Shown here one piece after another: positions 1 through 1,839 of a DNA stretch of 1,839 nt (position 1 is the first letter of the stretch; the number at the start of each line of letters is the position of its first letter). The position numbers and the translations under genes are program-made. Below the pieces are notes generated by a model. That model saw only the letters and a list, made by a program, of their open reading frames with translations, was not told where the DNA came from and did not search any database. The DNA comes from Naegleria gruberi (lineage: Eukaryota): the NCBI GenBank assembly GCA_000004985.1, contig GG739319.1. One strand, given 5' to 3'.

Positions 1-188
1 TTAAGGAATATTAATCTCTTATAATATCAGTTGCATCCTTAATTATTCTGCATTGATTTTCCCAAGTAAGAATTAATTACTACCTTAATAGTTGGTTTCA
101 ATCTATCTACTTTTGTGTTGGTTTTGTTCGAATCATCCTTTTGTTCTGTTTTCTAAGTTTCTCCAACTTTTCGAAATATCTTTCATTA

Positions 189-241
189 TTTAATAAAGAT
201 GATATTGTTAGATTTGACTATTAAATTAAATAAAGTTTATT
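189..241 (-). promoter_or_regulatory. Candidate polyadenylation signals in the 3' UTR of the minus-strand gene: AATAAA overlapping the TAA stop (plus 236..241) and ATTAAA about 45 nt downstream (plus 189..194)
   Basis: The minus strand reads ...cagaATAAActttatttaat...catctttATTAAAtaatgaaag..., and the region downstream of the stop is A/U-rich on the mRNA strand. These are hexamer matches only. Confidence 0.3.
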
Positions 242-1334
242 CTGGGTTTTCATTGGATGCACGAAGTTTTCCAAGCAATCTTCCAGTAACAGCGGCATCT
301 ACTCCATAGGAATTCCATTCAGCCTTCAATTTACATCCATTTCTCAACAAACAAATTCCAAGCATGCCCTTAATTATCTCATCTGATGTCGTTGTAGCCA
401 TAAAACACTTTTTTTGTTTTTTACATCCATAGTAATAGTATTGGAATTTGCAAGATTCAAAAACACTTCCACTAACTTGAGAATAGGTTTTCATACAGTC
501 AACTCGGCAAGCAACACAACTAGGGTCAATTCGTTCCAACACTTCTTGTTGTTCATTTCTGCTTTTGTAATCTTCATCTTGTTCCCTGAGAATAACTTTC
601 TTGCCTATAACAAGCCTGTTTGAAAGTTTAGTATTGCTAGGTCCAACAGACCCATCAAATGTTGCAATTGATTGGTTGATGATTTCTTGAGCTGTCATTT
701 TGTCAACATTTTTTGGAGTCTTGGTGTCGATTGGAGCAGGGTTGGCGTTTTCAATCGGCTTTCTAATATCTTTTGTTTCACGAGGTTTAACGTCTGAGAC
801 TATCTTGTTGGTGTTGCTTGGTGAGGAAACACCTTCAGAATGGAATTTTTTGCTCGAAACTGTTCTTTTGTGAATTCTGTTTTTGTTGGAAACTGTTCTT
901 TTAGCATGTTTGTTGTTATTGGAAACCTTATTATGGACAGATTGACCAATTCTTCCTCTCTTCTCTGTCATGCGATGGGAAATCTTACGAGCTACTTGTC
1001 TTTTAACCAATCTTCTCAACATCTTGCTGTTTCTTCTTCCTTGAGTAAGCTTTCTGTAAACATTCTTTCTTCCTGCTTTGGTTAACTTTACAATATGTTT
1101 CTTATTCATGAGTGAGTTCAGCATTTCTTCATCTTCAACATAAAGAGAATGGATTCCAGAACCAACCCTGGAAGGATCACAATCTTGACCACCACATCTA
1201 ACTTGAGAAACAACAATTGCCAAACAAATAAGAACTGCAAATATCAAATAGTTTAGTTTGACCATTTTTTTGAAATGTTTCACCAAATGATCACGTTTTC
1301 GTGATTTAGATAGAGATTCTGTCCTCATCCTCAT
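237..1334 (-). CDS. Uncharacterised basic (K/R-rich) secreted or type-II membrane protein with an 8-Cys C-terminal domain; probably a single-exon eukaryotic gene
   Basis: An uninterrupted 366-codon ORF (TAA stop at 237..239 on minus) is very unlikely by chance in AT-rich DNA. The coding stretch is visibly more GC-rich than the flanks. The N-terminus shows a basic stretch MRMRTESLSKSRKRDHLVKHFKK followed by the hydrophobic segment LNYLIFAVLICLAIVVSQV. Residues 270-340 carry C273, C276, C280, C295, C304, C310, C328 and C334, spaced C-x2-C-x3-C-x14-C-x8-C-x5-C-x17-C-x5-C. There is no SD motif before either ATG. An alternative start is M24 (ATG at 1265..1263 on minus) in the good eukaryotic context caaaaaaATGG; that model would be 237..1265. 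Confidence 0.75.
   Translation of the reverse strand: MRMRTESLSKSRKRDHLVKHFKKMVKLNYLIFAVLICLAIVVSQVRCGGQDCDPSRVGSGIHSLYVEDEEMLNSLMNKKHIVKLTKAGRKNVYRKLTQGRRNSKMLRRLVKRQVARKISHRMTEKRGRIGQSVHNKVSNNNKHAKRTVSNKNRIHKRTVSSKKFHSEGVSSPSNTNKIVSDVKPRETKDIRKPIENANPAPIDTKTPKNVDKMTAQEIINQSIATFDGSVGPSNTKLSNRLVIGKKVILREQDEDYKSRNEQQEVLERIDPSCVACRVDCMKTYSQVSGSVFESCKFQYYYYGCKKQKKCFMATTTSDEIIKGMLGICLLRNGCKLKAEWNSYGVDAAVTGRLLGKLRASNENPE
315..527 (-). other. C-terminal 8-cysteine domain (residues ~270-340) with a YYYY tract, a likely disulfide-rich extracellular module of unassigned family
   Basis: Eight Cys within about 62 residues have the spacing given above, plus conserved-looking aromatic and Gly positions (FQYYYYGC, GMLGIC, NGC, AEW). 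The signal-peptide context points to an oxidising compartment. I do not recognise the family from memory. Confidence 0.45.
856..954 (-). repeat. In-frame 33-bp tandem repeat (2 good units plus 1 degenerate unit) inside the CDS. It encodes 11-aa repeats VSNNNKHAKRT / VSNKNRIHKRT / VSSKKFHSEG, roughly protein residues 136-166.
   Basis: Plus-strand units start at 856, 889 and 922 ('gaaactgttctttt...' twice, then 'gaaacc...'). The period is exactly 33 bp, which is 11 codons. Units 1 and 2 share the first 14 of 14 positions and about 25 of 33 overall by hand alignment. Confidence 0.6.
1194..1265 (-). other. N-terminal hydrophobic segment (residues 24-47: MVKLNYLIFAVLICLAIVVSQVRC). It is either a cleavable signal peptide, if M24 is the start, or a signal-anchor TM helix following a 23-aa basic cytosolic tail, if M1 is the start.
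   Basis: An uncharged hydrophobic stretch of about 19 residues sits directly after K-rich residues, with small residues and Cys (VSQ-VRC-GG) where a signal-peptidase site would fall. The positive-inside rule fits the M1 model. The Cys codon at 1194..1196 (plus 'aca') was checked by hand. Confidence 0.55.
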
Positions 1335-1337
1335 GCT

Positions 1338-1359
1338 ATTAGCCTAAACTAGCCTAAAC
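1338..1359. repeat. Tandem duplication of 'tagcctaaac' (1340..1349 and 1350..1359) immediately 5' of the ATG. It is part of a dispersed ATTAGCC(TAAA) motif family, with further copies at 1465..1475 and 1610..1618.
   Basis: The 11-mer 'attagcctaaa' occurs exactly at 1338..1348 and 1465..1475. The 9-mer 'ctattagcc' occurs at 1336..1344 and 1610..1618. The tandem unit is 10 bp. Confidence 0.5.
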
Positions 1360-1477
1360 AATCGCTGTTACAATAATTGTTTCTAATAGAATAGTTGTTG
1401 ATTATTTGAGCTTCAACTTCCAGAAGAGAGATACTAGCTGTCAACATATTAGTGATACTTTGCAATTAGCCTAAATC

Positions 1478-1499
1478 TCATGGTGACGCGTGTCCATGA
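1478..1499. promoter_or_regulatory. 22-bp near-palindrome tcatggTGACGCGTgtccatga centred on ACGCGT, about 145-165 bp upstream of the first ATG of the minus-strand gene
   Basis: Nine of 11 symmetric pairs match: the outer 6 bp and the central ACGCGT, with only 1484/1493 and 1485/1492 mismatched. It contains a TGACG core and an ACGCGT (CGCG-box/MluI-box-like) core, so a dimeric transcription-factor site is plausible. Confidence 0.35.
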
Positions 1500-1521
1500 T
1501 AGCATGCTACAATTATGTTGC

Positions 1522-1710
1522 TAACCACATGCACTATTGATTACTTACCTTTTTGAGATTCAATCAAGGTTCTGAATTGTGGTCTTTCATCACGTTTGTT
1601 GATAGTAACCTATTAGCCGAGTTGAAGAAAGGATGAGAATTAAACACATGTGTAAACGAAACTAAACATTAAGAAAATGAAAACATCTCATGACACCACG
1701 CATGTGGTTA
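1522..1710. repeat. 11-bp inverted repeat pair taaccacatgc (1522..1532) and gcatgtggtta (1700..1710), enclosing about 167 bp. It is either a possible MITE-like footprint (9-bp TIR 'accacatgc' flanked by TA...TA) or paired CATGCA/CACATG-type sites.
   Basis: The two sites are exact reverse complements over 11 bp, checked by hand. The enclosed segment is AT-rich and non-coding. The left copy contains CATGCA (1528..1533). Confidence 0.3.
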
Positions 1711-1783
1711 AATTTATTGTTTATCTTGTTGTTTTACTTCTATTATCAAATAGTGTGCTAATCGATTCAGCTGAACTCTATTC

Positions 1784-1801
1784 GAAAGATGTGTGAACTG
1801 G
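1784..1801. promoter_or_regulatory. Perfect 8+2+8 palindrome gtgaactg-gt-cagttcac made of AGTTCA-type half-sites (an everted repeat with a GGTCA core in the middle)
   Basis: gtgaactg (1784..1791) is the exact reverse complement of cagttcac (1794..1801). AGTTCA and GGTCA resemble nuclear-receptor half-sites. The site is about 450 bp upstream of the gene's ATG. Confidence 0.3.
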
Positions 1802-1805
1802 TCAG

Positions 1806-1813
1806 TTCACTAT
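1806..1813 (+). promoter_or_regulatory. Exact octamer motif ATTTGCAT, 4 bp 3' of the palindrome
   Basis: The string is atttgcat at 1806..1813. A single 8-mer match has non-trivial chance expectation in 1.8 kb of AT-rich DNA. Confidence 0.15.
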
Positions 1814-1839
1814 AATTTGCATCAATTTAAATGGAATGA

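Noticed and set aside
315-527. Assigning the Cys8 domain to Kazal, peritrophin-A (CBM14), GASA/snakin, ShK, hydrophobin or nsLTP families
   Set aside because: The hand-checked cysteine spacings (C-x2-C-x3-C-x14-C-x8-C-x5-C-x17-C-x5-C) do not match the canonical patterns of any of these as I recall them. The family is left unassigned rather than guessed.
414-623. 69-aa plus-strand ORF from the six-frame track
   Set aside because: It lies entirely inside the 365-aa minus-strand gene on the opposite strand. Its low-complexity hydrophobic translation is typical of an antisense shadow ORF, and it has no independent start context or supporting signals.
840-1085. 81-aa plus-strand ORF from the six-frame track
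   Set aside because: It is also antisense to the main CDS and spans the in-frame repeat region. Its translation is an S/L/F/N-rich shadow of the K/R-rich sense strand, with no evidence of independent coding.
1340-1359. Reading tagcctaaac repeats as a plant telo-box (AAACCCTAA) or telomere-like repeat
   Set aside because: There is only partial resemblance (cctaaac versus ccctaa). The CCC core is absent, so the call would be unsupported.
1656-1690. GAAA-rich stretch (gaaactaaacattaagaaaatgaaaac) as ISRE/IRF-like or purine-rich element
   Set aside because: No regular spacing or dyad was found. A-rich runs are expected in AT-rich intergenic DNA.
130-1776. The palindromic hexamer ttcgaa occurring three times (130..135, 171..176, 1771..1776) as possible heat-shock-element units
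   Set aside because: Adjacent TTC-GAA without the nGAAnnTTCn spacing does not form an HSE. Three copies of an AT-rich 6-mer in 1.8 kb of AT-rich DNA is within chance.
1-1839. Prokaryotic defence system, operon or CRISPR array, as suggested by the prompt
   Set aside because: There are no repeat-spacer arrays, no tightly packed co-oriented ORFs and no SD motifs. The flanks are about 0.5 kb and 0.24 kb non-coding, which is incompatible with typical bacterial or phage coding density. Eukaryotic-style context (A-rich Kozak, signal peptide, AATAAA/ATTAAA) fits better.

Overview
This window reads as eukaryotic nuclear DNA carrying a single gene, not a prokaryotic locus. One long intronless ORF on the minus strand (237..1334, 365 aa) is flanked by about 236 bp and about 505 bp of AT-rich sequence. 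Neither flank contains an ORF long enough to appear in the six-frame track, and neither ATG has a Shine-Dalgarno-like motif. The predicted protein has a short, very basic N-terminal segment, then a hydrophobic signal peptide or signal-anchor helix. A long K/R/N/S-rich low-complexity region follows, containing an in-frame 33-bp (11-aa) tandem repeat. The protein ends in an 8-cysteine domain that I cannot assign to a known family. The two plus-strand ORFs in the track lie entirely inside this gene and are shadow ORFs. The 5' flank (1335..1839) contains several short repeated or palindromic motifs. These are an ATTAGCCTAAA motif cluster with a tandem copy abutting the ATG, a 22-bp near-palindrome centred on ACGCGT, an 11-bp inverted-repeat pair flanked by TA, and an 8+2+8 palindrome of AGTTCA-type half-sites next to an exact ATTTGCAT octamer. 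I see no CRISPR array, RNA gene, operon or defence-system architecture. The honest reading is an uncharacterised secreted or membrane-anchored basic cysteine-domain protein with its putative promoter region.
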